A stretch of 64,000 nucleotides of DNA from contig OZ038378.1 in assembly GCA_964036045.1 (NCBI GenBank), positions 3,968,001-4,032,000 on the forward strand, written 5' to 3'. The DNA comes from Eutreptiella sp. 'Long Island Sound 2002'. Its lineage: Eukaryota; Protista; Euglenida. Each line of letters starts with the position of its first letter. Within the stretch, counting starts at the first letter, position 1. Both the position numbers and the translations under genes were made by a program. A model generated the notes under the pieces. That model saw only the letters and a list, made by a program, of their open reading frames with translations. It was not told the origin of the DNA and ran no database searches. Positions 47,908 through 62,400 of this stretch are shown here, in pieces.

Positions 47908-50447
47908 GACAGTAGGGACACTGCACAAATACCTGTAGATGTCTGTAAGCCAAACACTGGAGAAAGCGAAAGGATGGGCATCGGGAAGTTGTGCTGTGCG
48001 CAGTGCACAGTTTGGGGAGAATGTTTCAACGCAGCACTGTGCCTCAGCTGCATCTGGTGGAGGATTTTCTGTGCACATTGATTTCAGAAAGGCGTCAGTC
48101 CCTGAACCAGTCAAAGCTGGGAGTACTTTGACTGGGAGTACACATGACCGCTACTTTGTTGTGACATCAGTGCTGCAGCTGCAACTGAGGGACTACCACC
48201 TGCTTTGGGGTACCGATCGGAAACCAAGGCAGCAGGCTGTTGGCCCCTTGGAAAAGTCAGGGCATCCCCAGTCTCAGGGTGCAGTGAATAAATGAAACGA
48301 TGTACTGTTGGCTGTCGCTATGGGAGCCATTTCTGCTTTTCTGCCGTGGTGCGGAGGAGCGGGGGGGGGCTGTTCAGGAATTCGCTGGCGAGTTGGACAG
48401 CAAAACGCAGGGGTACGCCCAGCCACAGAGGGAGGCATGACGGATCCTCTCTGTGGTGCTGCCGGGTCCACCCGGCCTTGGCAAGGCAACCAGACAATAT
48501 GACTGCATCGCAAGGTTCCCTCCAGACATCCACCCCCCAGTTGGAGCAATCCCCCAGCCCCCCCCACCCCCTCCAGGAAGTGGTCCCAGCGCAGAGCCCC
48601 TTCTGTCATGACGGGGTTGGGGACTCTGGCAAAGGTGTGCCTGCCCAGCAACCGACCCCCTGCACCGCGGGGCTGAAGTCAGACCTACACGCAGTGCACC
48701 GCCAGAGCGAAAAGGAGGGTCTCCTCCGAGAAAAGCACTCCCGAATGGGGGTTGCAAATCAGCAAATATCCCGTCTGAAAGAGTGTTCCATCTGCTCCTG
48801 GTCCATAAGATCCGGTGTGTTGCACAGTGCACTGCTTGAGCCCGGGTTCCCTCGCATGGGGGCAGGGGGGGCCTGCTGTGCACTGGCACACCGACGGCAA
48901 CAATTGAGCCATTGACCGAAGAGTGCCAGGAAGGAGCCCCCCCAACGTACGTAGGACCGCAGTTCTTGTGGTCTGGATGATCCTCACTTCAGTGGGTCCT
49001 CCTGCTTGGTCTGCTGCTTTGCTCCCTGACAAGCACCCTTGCCCCCCCTGCCCACAGGAGTCGGTCCCCTATTTGCCACTCTTCGTGCGGGCATTGTCTG
49101 AGTTTGGCACCAAAAAAGAGGATTTCGTGAGCCTGACACAGCGGATCAAGAGAAAGGTGTTGATGGCGTGTCCCGTGCGCGTGCGCGTGCACGTGCATGT
49201 GCGTTTGGGTGCGTGTGCGCGTGTGCGGGTGCGGTGCGTCCATCTGTGTGTAATATTTGTGCTCGTGCCCTGGCCACAGTCTCATCAACTGCCCTAGTTT
49301 TGGCGCTGGCTCAGGGTGGACTGTCCCCTGGCTGGGCGCCCTCTCCCTGGCCTCAGTCTCACAATCCTTCCTAGTTATGGCCGCTGTCCAGGGTGGACTT
49401 TCCCCTTGTCCAGGGTGCCCTCTCCTTGGCCTTTGTGCCGAGCTGCGGCAATGGCCCTCGGTGGAATTTTCCCCTGGCTGCAGTGTCCTCTCGTTGGCCA
49501 CAATCATTTTGTACTCTGTTGAACGGTTCCTAGGTTGGTCGCCCCCCCCCCCCCCCTAGAAACACGTGCACACATTCATACGCACGCATGTGCCGCTCCA
49601 TGTGCTTGTCCTCCACCCCCCCCCCCCCCCTGCCGCCGCAGCCATGGCGTAGCTGAATGAACTAGCTTCCCAAGAAGATGCATAGCGTAGGGGTCATGGG
49701 CGGTGTATGGCATAATGGCTACACATGCTAGTCATGCCAGAAACACGAGCCAGTGCTATGGATACTAGTTACTCACACAAACAGTTGTGCACATCGCAGA
49801 GACAAGGTGGCACACATATACAGGGGGACTTTCATGTGCATGTACTCATGCCAGACCCGTAAAATAACATGCCATCATTCAAGGATTGTAAAGCTCTCCT
49901 ATCCTTGTAAAATGGCCCAAACAAGCGGCGGCTGTTGGCACTTTCTACTGTCCGTCCACCTTACCAAGATCTGGCAGCAAAGGGGTCTTTGGGAAGGGCA
50001 GCGGCAAAGGGAAATGGTGAGTGGCACTATGGCAGGTTGCATATGGCTGCTGAAGGCGTGCAACAAGCTTCGGCCGCTGTGTGGCGGTCATATTTGGGCA
50101 CAACGTGCTAAATATACACAACTATCAAGCACCTAAAGGTTGAGAGCCACCAACCGCCAAATTGTATCACTGGTTGCACAACAGTGAATGTTGTTATTGT
50201 GTTGTTGTTGCTCTGCCGAAGCTTAACATGTCAGAATTTCTAGGCAGAGAGGATGGGGGGGGGGGGCTCATCATACCAATTGTTTTGAGCCTCACAGTTT
50301 TAATGCAAACTAAGCACATTGCCAGCTGCTCTCTAGGGCCAGCTCTCCATCAAGTGCAGAATGAGACACCTCCGAGGGCTACGGGGCCTGCGTGTATACC
50401 TTCTTGAACAACAATAACAACAACATGTTGTGTGTGCGTGTGTGTGT

Positions 50448-50494
<47 letters not shown>

Positions 50495-53400
50495 ACCTGA
50501 TATGCCGCTTGGCTCTGGTAAAAAAGACGCCGGAGAGCGGCTGAAGTGACATGTTCCATGCACCACTAGATCTCCAAGCTTGACAGGGCGGGGGTGGCAA
50601 TTGGCGACAAATTTTGGCACATGCCACATGGGCTGTTTCAGTGCCTCGTCAAGTTTGAGATTGTTACAGAACAATATACTACAAGCAGTGGGAAAGCTAT
50701 GGTGCAGGCTAATTGGTATTCCCAGCACTCAGAACCAGAACCACTGTCCATTGGATTCGGGGTCGGCAGCTCTTGCATCAGATCGGTTTGCCATTGCACG
50801 CCATGGGGAAACATGCAGCACGCAGCACCATAGGTGCAACAAACCTGCAACTGGAATGAGTCTAACCGTGGGAGAGGTGGGGTCGGCTTGGCAACAGCAA
50901 CCCCACTGCCCTGAAATGTGGTTGGTCACTCAGGTATGGGAAGCCGTTAATAATGCTAGCGCGTGCCGCGCTCGCATACCTGAGTTGCACTTTTACTAGC
51001 AGTCTTACAGTTGGACTGCCGCAGTTCACAACCTGGAGCATCCAGATCCTGTCTGCCTTGGCGTGGGCTCAGGTAGCCATGGCCAGCGACTTTCCGCGAT
51101 TGCAAGTTATGCGTCCTTTGCATATGGTGGTGCGCCATGTGTTTGCCGCCTCTCCTTGGGCGCCGGAGAATACTACGCGCCGTGTACGGTGTAGCACACC
51201 GGATGCCGTGCCCACGGGCTGTAGCAGTCAGAGGAGTGGTGGGATGGCTCGAGAAATGAGCAGTCTGGAAGGGGACACTCTACACTGATACCCACATCCC
51301 CCAACAGTTTAGACCAGAGGGTTTTGAGCCCGTGTGGTGCTCAGATTTTCAATTATTATTTTCACTGAGGTCGTGACCAGACCAAGGGCCGTTGTGTGTG
51401 TGTCGTTGGATGGCGGCACTCAACAATGATTTGCAATTACCAGTAGTAGTAGGCAAAGGAACACGGGCTCCTCCAGGAAGGATTTGGGTCTGGGGATGGC
51501 AGGAGGGAGTGGGAATGCACTTATGCAAGCCAGCACTCCGTCGCAATCCATCCGACTTCAACAGACTGAAAGACGTCTTGGGCTGCTCTGCAGCTCCTCA
51601 GGAGTTTTCTCCAACCGCTTTTCTTGCTTTGTTCCTGTCGCGCTGCTCCCAACGTGTGTGTGTGTGTGTGTGTATGTGTGTGTGTATGTGTATGTGTGTG
51701 TGTGTGTGTGTGTGTCTGTGTGTGTGTGCCGGGGTTGCTACACCCTGACCATGGCCCACCTTCTGTCCTGTCTGTCCATGTGACCACGGCTGGTTCAGGA
51801 TCACAGCCGCAGTGATGGTTGCTGTGCAGCCCGCTGATACTTCGACTCAGTGAGCAGATTTGATTTTTCTTGGACAGCGTTGCCCCATGTGAGCAATTGG
51901 TGTTGAACCGGCGGAGGCTACCAGTCAACTGTCGGCAGTCACCGGCACCGTCGACCCCCACAACGCGCTGGGGAGTCTGAACGAGCAGTAGTTCGGCCTC
52001 AATGGTGTATACCCCTGCCCCCCAATTTACAACTGTGGACCACCGAAGATGTGACAGGCGTCGTATACGAGAGATCAAGCCCTGAGGAGGAGACCAGCGG
52101 CGCAACTGCACTCTGCCCTCCCAGTCGCATTCTACCCTCATTCGCTGGATCATTTCAACCCCATAACTTTGGTCGAGCTCAATGCATTGTTTTGTGCCCC
52201 CTCCTTTGCTGTTCAGGTCGGAGGGGTTTCCAAGACCGTCATGACCTCCCCAATCCTGAACGTTAATGGTAAGATGGCGGCCCATTTGATTGTGCGGGGC
52301 AAAGGAACCGTTGGGCAGTTGCCAGGTGTGTGGGATATTCCGGAAAAGGGTGTTGTGGATGGGTACGGAGGGTGACAGGGGTGGGGAAGGCGCTTTGCGG
52401 ACGGTGACAGGAGAAGTGTTGTGCACGTTGGGATTGTGAGTGCTTTGTTGGCCAGATGCCCAGAGTTGACCTCGGGGAAAGATACAGTTCACTGCGTTTC
52501 CTTTGGGACCAGCAGGAGGCTTCAGGTGTCAGGATTGCAGTTGAGCGGAAGCAGGTGTTGTTTGACCATGACAGTTGGCAGTCATCCCAGTACAGGGGGG
52601 GGGGGGGGGGGGGGGCTTTGCCAGGGGACAATGTCGTGGGGAAAATTTCGCACTGCAGATTGGTAACGAAATTTTCCCCGCGGAATTTATTTGTGCAATT
52701 TGGGGAGGTGCTGTTTAATGGCTGGGTGCCTGGGCAGGCAGGGTTCCCTTCTTGCCCTACAGGGGGGGGGGGGGTTCGGAGAGGACGCCCAGGCACTCAA
52801 GGGGTCCAAAGAGAGCAGGGTGGGATGTAAAAATAAAAACCTGTAAGTTCCTATCCTGCCCTCCCCGCTTGCTCCACCCCCTCCCTGAGTTGGTGGTGCT
52901 CAAAATTTGGGCCTGCCAAAGTTGCGCACAACTGATTGTCCACAAGGAACCAAGGCTTGGGGGTGTGACGCAATTGTCCCCTGACGAAAATTTCCCCGTC
53001 GAAGTTGTCCCCAGGCGAAGTTCCCGCCCCGCCCCCCGTAGTTGATGGTCAACCAACGCTGGCCAGCTGGTAGATATGGCTGATCAGCTGGTGCTCTTTT
53101 GAGGTCTAGGTGTACCGGAATTCCGCATTGTTTCTGGCCTGGGCAGCTCGGGGTACGTTCTGGGATCATGCATGTGTGTGCGAAGCACAGTATTTGTTTT
53201 TATACCCGTGTATCCCCATGTGGGTAATGGGCAGATGGTTGTGAACATCCCTTTTGGCAGACTTGATGGAGATCATTTCTGACATCCTCCTTGAGCCTGA
53301 GTTCAATAACCAGGCCAAGTTCAAGCAGATGATTCTCGAAACAAAGGCTGGAATGGAGGTATGGCTGCAAGGGGACCGCGGGCATCGCACTCGTGACTGG

Positions 53401-56400
53401 AGCAGGGCAGTGCATCCAGCGTGCGCGCGTGAGCACTGTGCAGCACAGGCTCGGGGTTGTACAACTGCGTTGGCTGGTTCGCAGTGGAGGGCATCGCAAA
53501 ACAAACATGCCGCTGCCATCCAGCAGGAGCATTGGATTGCGTTAGGAATCCGGGTGCATTGTGTGCCCCTTGGTACCACCAGCCCCTTTCGGACCCCGAA
53601 ACCACGCCCCGCTCACCGTGGGCATTACTTCACCTTGCCTGACCATATCTGAGGCCACATCCCCGAATCGTTCATGGCCTGTGCACGATGCCTGTCCTGC
53701 TTGTGTCAGGCCGGCCTTGTTGGAGGTGGGCACAGCGTTGCCATGAGTCGTCTCTCTGCCATGGACAACACGGCATCTTATGTCTCAGACCAGATGGGAG
53801 GCTTGTCGTACCTCAAGTTCTTGGATGAACTGCTGGAAAAGGTGTGCACAGTGGTTCTCGCCTCGACAACATCTCAATCCTCTTTCCGGGGGGGGGGGAA
53901 CGGGGGGGTGCGTGATTGTTGCTGGGCTTATGCAGAGAAGCTTTGGCGGCTCCTTCATCTAAATCAAGAGGATTGCATGAAAGCAGTCAACAGCAGTCTG
54001 AGGAGCCCCTCACAGGACCTGTTCAATATGGGTTCTAGGGACCTTGACCAAGCTAGAGCGGGCGTCATTCAGAACAACTGAAAACCAGAAAAGTGGCGAC
54101 ATCCAAAAAGTTTGTCATGTGCATTGCATTTGTTGCGCAGGTGTCTACCCCTTTCGGATCCCCCCGTTTTTCAGTACTGTCAGCCTGTTCGAGTGCTGAG
54201 TAGTGATTTAGTTAAATGCGACGGTGCTGCTGCTGCAACGGGTGCAACCGCAGCTGTGAGGGCCCCTTCTCATGGCTGGGGGAGATGTTGTATACGCAGT
54301 AAATTGTTTGACCACGCCCCCCCTCTCTGGTACCCAGGACCTAGCCCCTTCCCACCCTGGGTCCAGAAAGAGTTGCTGGAGGGCAATGCAGACGAAAGTA
54401 TGCAGTATACTGTGTCAAAAGTATGACACAGCTGTGGGGGCGATCAAAGAGGAACCAGAAGAAGGCCAAGACGTCTAAGAACCCCAAAAGCCCTGCCTGA
54501 AGCTACCTACACTCGGCAGTGCCCAAGCAGATGCGCATGTGGCAAAGTACAATGCTATTGACAAGGCAGTGGTTGGGTTTGTGTTGGCTTGTGTAGGCAT
54601 GGCGGCCTGTCTAGCAATGCCCGTCTTCAGTGCAGTACCCGAGGTTTCCAAGATGAATTGGCCCCCACAAAAATTCTGGAGCAGGAGTTGCCATACAGTT
54701 CTTTAAGTGGGAGCAATGATCTTCCGCAGCACTCATCTTCGGATGGCTATCCATGTCATCCCTGAGAACTTGAACGGGTCTGCAGATTTGCTCGTCAAAC
54801 AGGGACCTCTAACCTGCGGCATGCAGGTGGCACTCTCGTAGCTCTTGGCCCGGATCCCCACCCCCCACCCCCCACCATATTGGGGGGCCTCTACTTTGAC
54901 TGTGCCCCTACCCTTGTTGAAAATGCGCCTTTGCGCTGCTGCTGCTTGGAAGCCCCTCGTACGGCTCATCTTTGCAGGCTGACAAGGATTGGCCTTCGAT
55001 TGTGGCGCAGATGGAAACCATGCGCAGTTCCATTGTGAACCGCAAGAATCTGGTTCTCAATGTGACCGCCGACCAGAACTTGATGAACTCTTTCACGCCC
55101 TCGCTGGAGGGATTGGTCTCCAAGCTGCCGGCCGCTGAGTCCAAGCTGTTCCTGTGGGAAGGCACATTGGACGTTCGCAATGAGGCCATCATCATCCCCA
55201 CTCAAGTGAATTATGTTGCCCAGGTCTTGGGCTGCAGACGGGGCATTGGAAAGGGTTGCAGGAGAGACGGGGGCTGCGTGTGGCGCAGGCTATGACAGAT
55301 GCACGGGGGCCGATCCTGGTCAGAACCCGACCCCAAAGGAGGGGGGCGGGGTACCCCCCCCCCCCCTCTACAGACCCCAAAATGGTTGTACAGAACATTG
55401 GGTTCTGTGGGCGCCAGAGGCGCCGGAGATTTTGTTTTAGGCATACGGCAGGGGGAAATTTTTTTGTTCGACCTTATGTGTCTGTACTCAAAATACTCAG
55501 AATTTTGTGGAGAATTCAAAAATGGCTGAAAGGCACAAAAAAGGATTTTGACCCCAACCCGGCCTCCGGGTCGGACCTTGGCTGATGGGAGCCTGAGTTG
55601 ATGGGCAATTTTTTTTTGAAAAAATTTTTACCCCACTTGTGTATATTCAAAATGATCAGTGTGTCATGGGGATCATTTTGAGGTATGTATGTTGGGGTAC
55701 CCACCGACCCCCCCCCGGGGGGCCCGGCGGCTGACCGCCCGACCCGCCGACCCCCAAGGTTTGGGTCAACCAAGGGAGGGGGTGGGGGTCCCCCCCCCAC
55801 CACAGCCCCCCTAACTGTCGCACACCCCTCGGGGTCACACATTGGCTGGCGGCGGCCCCTGTGGACAGATGCTGCCCCCCGTAGTGACGACCGACCACTG
55901 CACGAGGCATGCAATAAGAACTCTTCTGGTGGAGCCCCGCAGACACTTTGACGCCGTCCGGTGTCCTGGTGCTCGTCGCCCTTCGTCCTTTTGCCCCGCA
56001 ATTTCGCAGACTGTTGCTGCCCTCTGCCTTTTGGACCGCCGCAGTGCGTTGTCCCCACCGCCTGCTGCCCCATCCCTCCCCCCGTGGGCCGTTCCCGCCT
56101 GTTCCAGGGTGCGAACCTTTACAAGGCGGGCTATGAGCCCAACGGCTCCGTGAACGTGATCACCAAGTACTTGGGCACCACGTGGCTGTGGGATCGCGTC
56201 CGTGTTGTGGGCGGTGCATATGGTATGCCGTGCCTCCGGCCCGTACCCATGCCTGATGGCCGCCGGGGGACCAGAGTTTTGCTTAAGGGGGGGGGGTGGG
56301 TGGGTGGGGTTGTGGGGGGACCCCCCCTCCCCGCAGGAGACCCTGAGTTGTTAGAGGTGCCGAAGGCGCCGAAGAAATGTTTTGGCCTAAACTGACTTGC

Positions 56401-59400
56401 GCCGAAGGTGCCAGAAAACACGTTGATTGGCTGAAGACCCGGAGAAAAATTTGCCCAATCCATTAGGGGGGGGTGTTCCGAAGGGGGGGGAGTGTCAGAC
56501 CCCCCCGCCCCAGGAGATGCTGAGTTGTTAAGCAGAACTCTGCGGGGGACCCTGCGGCCCAGGATGGCGCGACCCGCGATTGTCGCCGCATCGTGTCGGT
56601 GTTATGGTGCTCGTGCAACCCCACGTGATTTGTGGCGGGGCACGTGCCGCCGTGTATCTCGGTGTGGTTTTGTAGGGTGGATGCTGCCAGCGTGTGATTT
56701 CACGTGCGTGGGTGTGGGTGCGGGGGGGGGGGGGGGGATGGCATCCGTGGAGGGGCACACGGCGCCTGCGGAGACCATGAAGGTGTGCGCAATGCCCACG
56801 CGCACCTGGCGGAGAGGGGGCGTCATGGGGCGCGGCGAGACATGGAGTGGACTACCTGGTCATGAAGGCGAGTGGGCCGCAAAAACCGGTAAACGACCCC
56901 CACAACAACCAAGCGCAACCCCCAGTGCGCCAACTACCGGGTCCCGCTAGCGCGGAACCGACACCGCAAGGAACGCCGGCCGCAGCGGCCGTCAGCAAGC
57001 CTTGACCCGACGCAGCGAGCGAAGGGAAGGACGGGTGACTGTCCAGGGCCCCCGCAAAGAACCCGCAACCCGACGAAATGTCACACAGGGGGGGGGTTGC
57101 CGTGTGCCTGCAGGCCTGGGGCGCTCATGTGTGGGAGTGCAGTCGTGTGTCAGAGTGGGAGGTGCATCACAGGCGTGTGCCATCCCACTGGGGAGTGCTG
57201 TGGAGGTGCATCTTGCGTCGCAGGCGCGAGGAGTGCCGACCCAATGGCACACCCCCTCTCCAGAGCTCTGGTTTGGGGCTGTCCTGCCGCCCGATGCCGC
57301 CAGCCCCGCATTCTTTAGAATAATCAAAAACCAACGGGGGGGGGGACCCCTCCCCCAAAACCCCCTCCCCCCCTCCCCAGACCAAAGTGACCATCGTGGG
57401 AAAAAACGAAATTTACAAGAGGGAAAATCTGGTCAGGCCATTTTTGGTACACCAAGTTTTGGGTCCAAAACCCCCTCCCCCCCCCCCCCCTGCTCAAAAG
57501 AAGCCCTGCCGCCAGCCCCGCATTGTGCCCTCTGCATCGCAGGCGGGTTCTGCCGCTTTGACCGGCTGACCGGCAATTTTGCGTACGGGTCGTACCGCGA
57601 TCCCAACCTCCTGTCGACGGTCGAGGTATGAGGGGCGGTGGCTGTGCATGGGGCTGCCTGGCGAAGTGGGACCTGCGGACCAGCAACGCGGCGAGTGGCA
57701 ACGGTTGGCAAGGGCTGCGCAGACCTGTGCGTTTTTCCCGTCCCGCCTTTTGGACGCGTCATGGACGGCCATCCGAAGTCGCGCGGACGTCATTGACTTG
57801 TTTTGTGAGTCCCTGTGTGGCAAGGGTTGTGCCCGCTGCATGCGCCGTGCAGCTCGCCCCCCCTCCCCCAGTGCAAGAGCTCCTCCTGCACCTGCAGGAC
57901 CCACGCCCGTGGGTCGTGTTGGGCGGGGGCTGGGGGGCTCGCCGTGCCCCCGTCCACGGGGGCACGGTTTTAGGCAGGCGTCCGGAACGACGGGCGTCGT
58001 GGCACGGGGACCCATGTGTACGCCACAGCGCAGGCGAGAGCACGGCACTGGTCATGCCGCGGAGACAGCCAAACGATGCATCGACTCTGCACAACCCTGA
58101 TTCAGTGCACAAAAAGTGAAAACGTGTCCCCCAGCTCACAACTTCGTGATGAAAGTTTGCACCCATCTTTTTGCTGCGTGATCACACGAGTCCTTGATAG
58201 AGACAAACAAACATGCAGGGCTGATGGTGAAGACAGCATCTTGGCAGCGGGCAGAAAAGACCACATGTACTGCACACTGGAAATCCTTTCGGCAACACCG
58301 CATGGTGTGCATGCTCCCACGCAATGCAAAGCCCACCAGCTACCCCACCAGACAACGGAAACACCCATAATCATAATTGCATGTCGGCCAAAATAAGCCA
58401 CAAATCAGGAGACCAGACGGATGATTTGGAGTGGTCATGCGCATGGCCTACAGCACGCGGTCCAAGCACTCAGAGTGCCACCCACTGGCGGTACGTTGGG
58501 GGGGGGGGGGCATCAAATGGGGGGCGGCGAGCCATGCCCACTGCAGGCGGAGGCTCTTTGGGGGGGGCTGCGGGATCAGGGCCCAAGTTGACAGATGCGG
58601 TGTGCGGAAATGGAATTTTTGCGACCCCCCGCAGACAATCCGCTCGGCAGTTGACTGGGCATGTGCCTGACCACTTGTCAAACGCAGCGCGGCACTGTGG
58701 GTCGTGGAGCTGTGGCGCTTCTGGGACCCCAAGTTCAAGTTTTTGCCTAAATTTCCGCACCGATGGGCCCCATCAGTGACCACCACTGACTACCAGACCC
58801 TCGAGGGACGCTCGAATGCGAAGGGGGGGGGGTGAGGGAGGAAGGCTGCCCCCTGTCTCGACCAGCGGAGGCCCAGTGCTGCAGGCCTCTGCTGTGGGCA
58901 CGCTGCCTGACGTGCTCAAGTGAACGCTGCTGGCCCGCAGGCGTACAACGGGACCCCTGACTTCCTGCGGGGGCTGGACATGAGCGACGACGCACTGAAC
59001 AAGGCCATCATCGGGGCCATCGGTGATTATGATAACTACCAATTGCCCGATGCGAAGGGCTACTCGGCATTCAGCAGGTCCGGGGGTGCGGGGCAGATCG
59101 GGGGCATGCACCTTGTGCCGTTTGGCTCTGTCCCTCCAATATGCATTGCGCAGGGGGATGGGAAGCAAGCGTCGCATTACTGCCTCACGTCCCCATGTCA
59201 GCCCATCCGCCCCCCCCCCCCCCCCTCCTTGCCTAGAAAAAAGGTCAAGTAAACAGATGCGACTGCAAGCACCAGACTGTCTTGCACCTCCAATCCTCCA
59301 CCAACATACAAACAGGTGCGTCTAGAGGGGACCAGGCTCTTGAAGGGAACATCCTTTGGTTGGGCCAGTGAGCAATGGCCACAAGACTTAACATGCGCGG

Positions 59401-62400
59401 GTGCAAAGGCAGCGCAGGGATTGGTACCCCCCACTGCTTGTTCATCTTGGATTTGGATGCAGGTACATGTGAGGCGGGGCTGGGGATGCGACCGCCAAAA
59501 CAAGGCGCTGACAGGGCCATGTGCCACGCCAGTGGTATCTGAAGGAAGGGAAGGGGTTGGAGCTACAGTCGGCGGGAGGGAGGGATGGGGAGGGAGGGAG
59601 CACGGCAGAAGAGTTTACGAATGTAAGGTAAGAAAGAGGTAGGGTGATGAACACGTACCACAGGGAACAGTGGAGGTGGCCAACTGAGCGGTGCACGATT
59701 GCTTGATAAACAAAACATTAAAGCATTGTCACAATTTCTGGTAAGGGGTGCAAGGGGCACGGAGAAGTGATGCCACACCACCACATATTATTGAGATGAG
59801 GAAAAGAATATTCGTCATCCGTGAAATGAAAATTGCATGGTTCACGCCGTGGGAATATCATAGCATCCGACCTGGTTTTGTTATCAACACCAATAGACCC
59901 CATGTGTCTAGTGCAGAACATTTCTTGGGGGTCGGCGGTGGTGGGGGGGGGGGTGAATGACCCCCCAATTCTTACCGAATTGTGCCCCCCCCCCCAACTC
60001 TTACCAACCTCCCCCCCCCATAAGGTTTCGGGTTTTTTTGGTGAGATTCGCGGGGGGGGGGGCTTGGTAAGATTTGGGGTTTTTTCGTAAGTACGGGGTG
60101 CTTTTATGGTAACATTGCGGATCATTTGGATTTTTTTTAAAGTTTTGGGGGGGTTTGGTAAGATTTCATTTTGGGGTGTTTGGTAAGATTTACGGGGATT
60201 TTTGGTGAGATTTGGGTTATTTTTTGGTAAAACCGTTATGGGCACCCACTCTTCGGTGTGGTGCCTCAAGTTGGGGTGATGGACTCCCATGCTTCGGCGT
60301 GGCCCCTCGAGTTGGGCTGATGGATTCCCATGCTGGGGGTGTGGCTCCTCAAGTTGGGGTGATGGACTCCCACTCTTTGGTGTGCCCCTAGAGTTGGGGT
60401 GATGTCATTGTACGCTTTGGTGTGGCCCCTTGAGTTGGGGTGATGCACTCCCACACTTCGGTGTGGCCCCTCGACCGTCAAAAAGAGAGGCGCACTCTTT
60501 GTGATCTTGAGGGGTGGCATGTGGATATGGTTAACACCACAAATGTCCCGCTACCCCACTCCAACAACAGGACATCAGTAGGTGTGCATTGGGTTGTTTT
60601 GTTGTGGTGTGTGTAGGATGGGGGCTTGCTATATATTTCCCATAATCATATGGGTTGCTTAGACACCCTTTGGAGTCTCTTCTTGGAAGCAATTATTTGG
60701 CTCTCTAGTTTTCCGGTATCCAGTTGGTTTGATGACTCCCCGTGTGGTTATATTGCTTTTTGGCGACAGTTGTATCTTGCTTTTCAAATTGATACCAGCA
60801 TGCTACCAAGGGATTATATTCCCCGCAACCAACCCAATTTCATTCCCAACCCCCCGGAGAAATGGAATGTGTTGTGTTTGATCCCCTTGCAGGTGAAGGA
60901 TGCACAAAAGTGCTTGCCAATGCGAACGGCTATGCATCTTGACTAGGTGGCTGCATTTGCAAGTACCCTGCGATCTACCCCTCTCACTTTGACCCCTGTT
61001 TTTGAGTGCTTGGCCATATCAGGTTATGAATTGCAAGTGTCTCAGACGGTGGCATGGAAAAAAGAGGTTGTTTGTTTTGCAGTGTTCAATGGCACCACCA
61101 AAGGCGGTGAAAAGGGCTATTTGTATTTGGTCATATTGGGGCCGTGCAAGGCAACCAAGTAGATGTGCGTTGGGAGGCTAACCGCCGGTTAGGGTGCCCG
61201 CTGGATTGCCAAGGATGCACCGCAACCTGACCTGCCTTTGTTGGGGATGCGGATGCAACCCCCGCTCCCGTGTTTGTGGAAAATTGGGAGGAAGCGGTTT
61301 CCGGTTCTTGCTAGCTATGGTGGTAGGTTGTAGTCTGGTCGGGAGATGTGTGATGATATGTGGCAAATTTGATCGGAATGCACTCGCAAGGAGATCTTGG
61401 CCTGCTTGTCCGATCTACTGGAAGCCATAGTAGAGGCTTCAGGGGACAAGACCATGGTTGTAGTAGTTGTGAGTGTACCACGGAGAGCTGTTTCTCCCCC
61501 ACTAAGACCCCCTTCGCGACACCAGCCCATGTTTTCATATTTTGCCGACCACCTAGCGATTTTGACAAGTCATCACTCTTTTTTCCATTTTTTTGAGCTT
61601 GCTTTAGGTGCGGTGCCTTTGTCATTACATAATATGTTCGTGTGGTGCAGCCGAGCCAGTATGGGTACACTAAGTGATTGGAAAACAAGGGATCCCCTGG
61701 TGTGCATACACCTAGGTCACCAACAAGTGCTCGGTGACTTCGATCTTTGTGGACGTCTTTTACGCATTTTAGTGCTTTTTTTTTTTAATTTTTTTTATGC
61801 TCGGGGGAGGCCCCCCGGCGCGTTTCAGTGCTTTGTGTTTGTTGTTCAATTATGTGTGGGTGCAGGATGTGGCAGGGTCATCCAAACGGTTGGGTGGTTT
61901 AGGATATTTTTTTGGTAAGGTACGGGATTTTTTTTGAAGGAATGGAGGGGTTGTGGTGGTAAGAAACGGGGGAGGGGGGTCAGACGTGAGGTTTTTTTTT
62001 GTAAGAGTTTTGGGTGGGGTTTTTTGGGGATATTGGGGTTTTTTTTTGGTAAGATTTGGTTTTTTTGTTTGTTATCTCATGGGGTTTTTTTGTAAAAACA
62101 CGGGGGGGTTTGGTCCAAATTAGGGTATGTTTTTTTGTCAAAACAGGGTTTTTTTGGTACAAAACGGGGTGGTTTTGGTCAGTCGAGGGGTTTTTTTGGT
62201 AAAAAGTGTGCAGGTGGGGGGGTACCATCCCTCATTGCACGACACTTGATGGCGGTCCTTTTTGGTCACTTTGTAAATTGCTGATAAAGAGAGAACAGGT
62301 TGTTGGTTGGTGTTCGGTGGATCTTCAGTTTAGATGATTGTTCCGCCATGTTGTGGATCTACCTGGACCATAGCCTTGTCTGGATCGTGGTGTGTGCTGA

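Noticed and set aside
60244-60476. 41-bp array as CRISPR
   Set aside because: Variation is spread across whole units; there is no repeat-spacer alternation.
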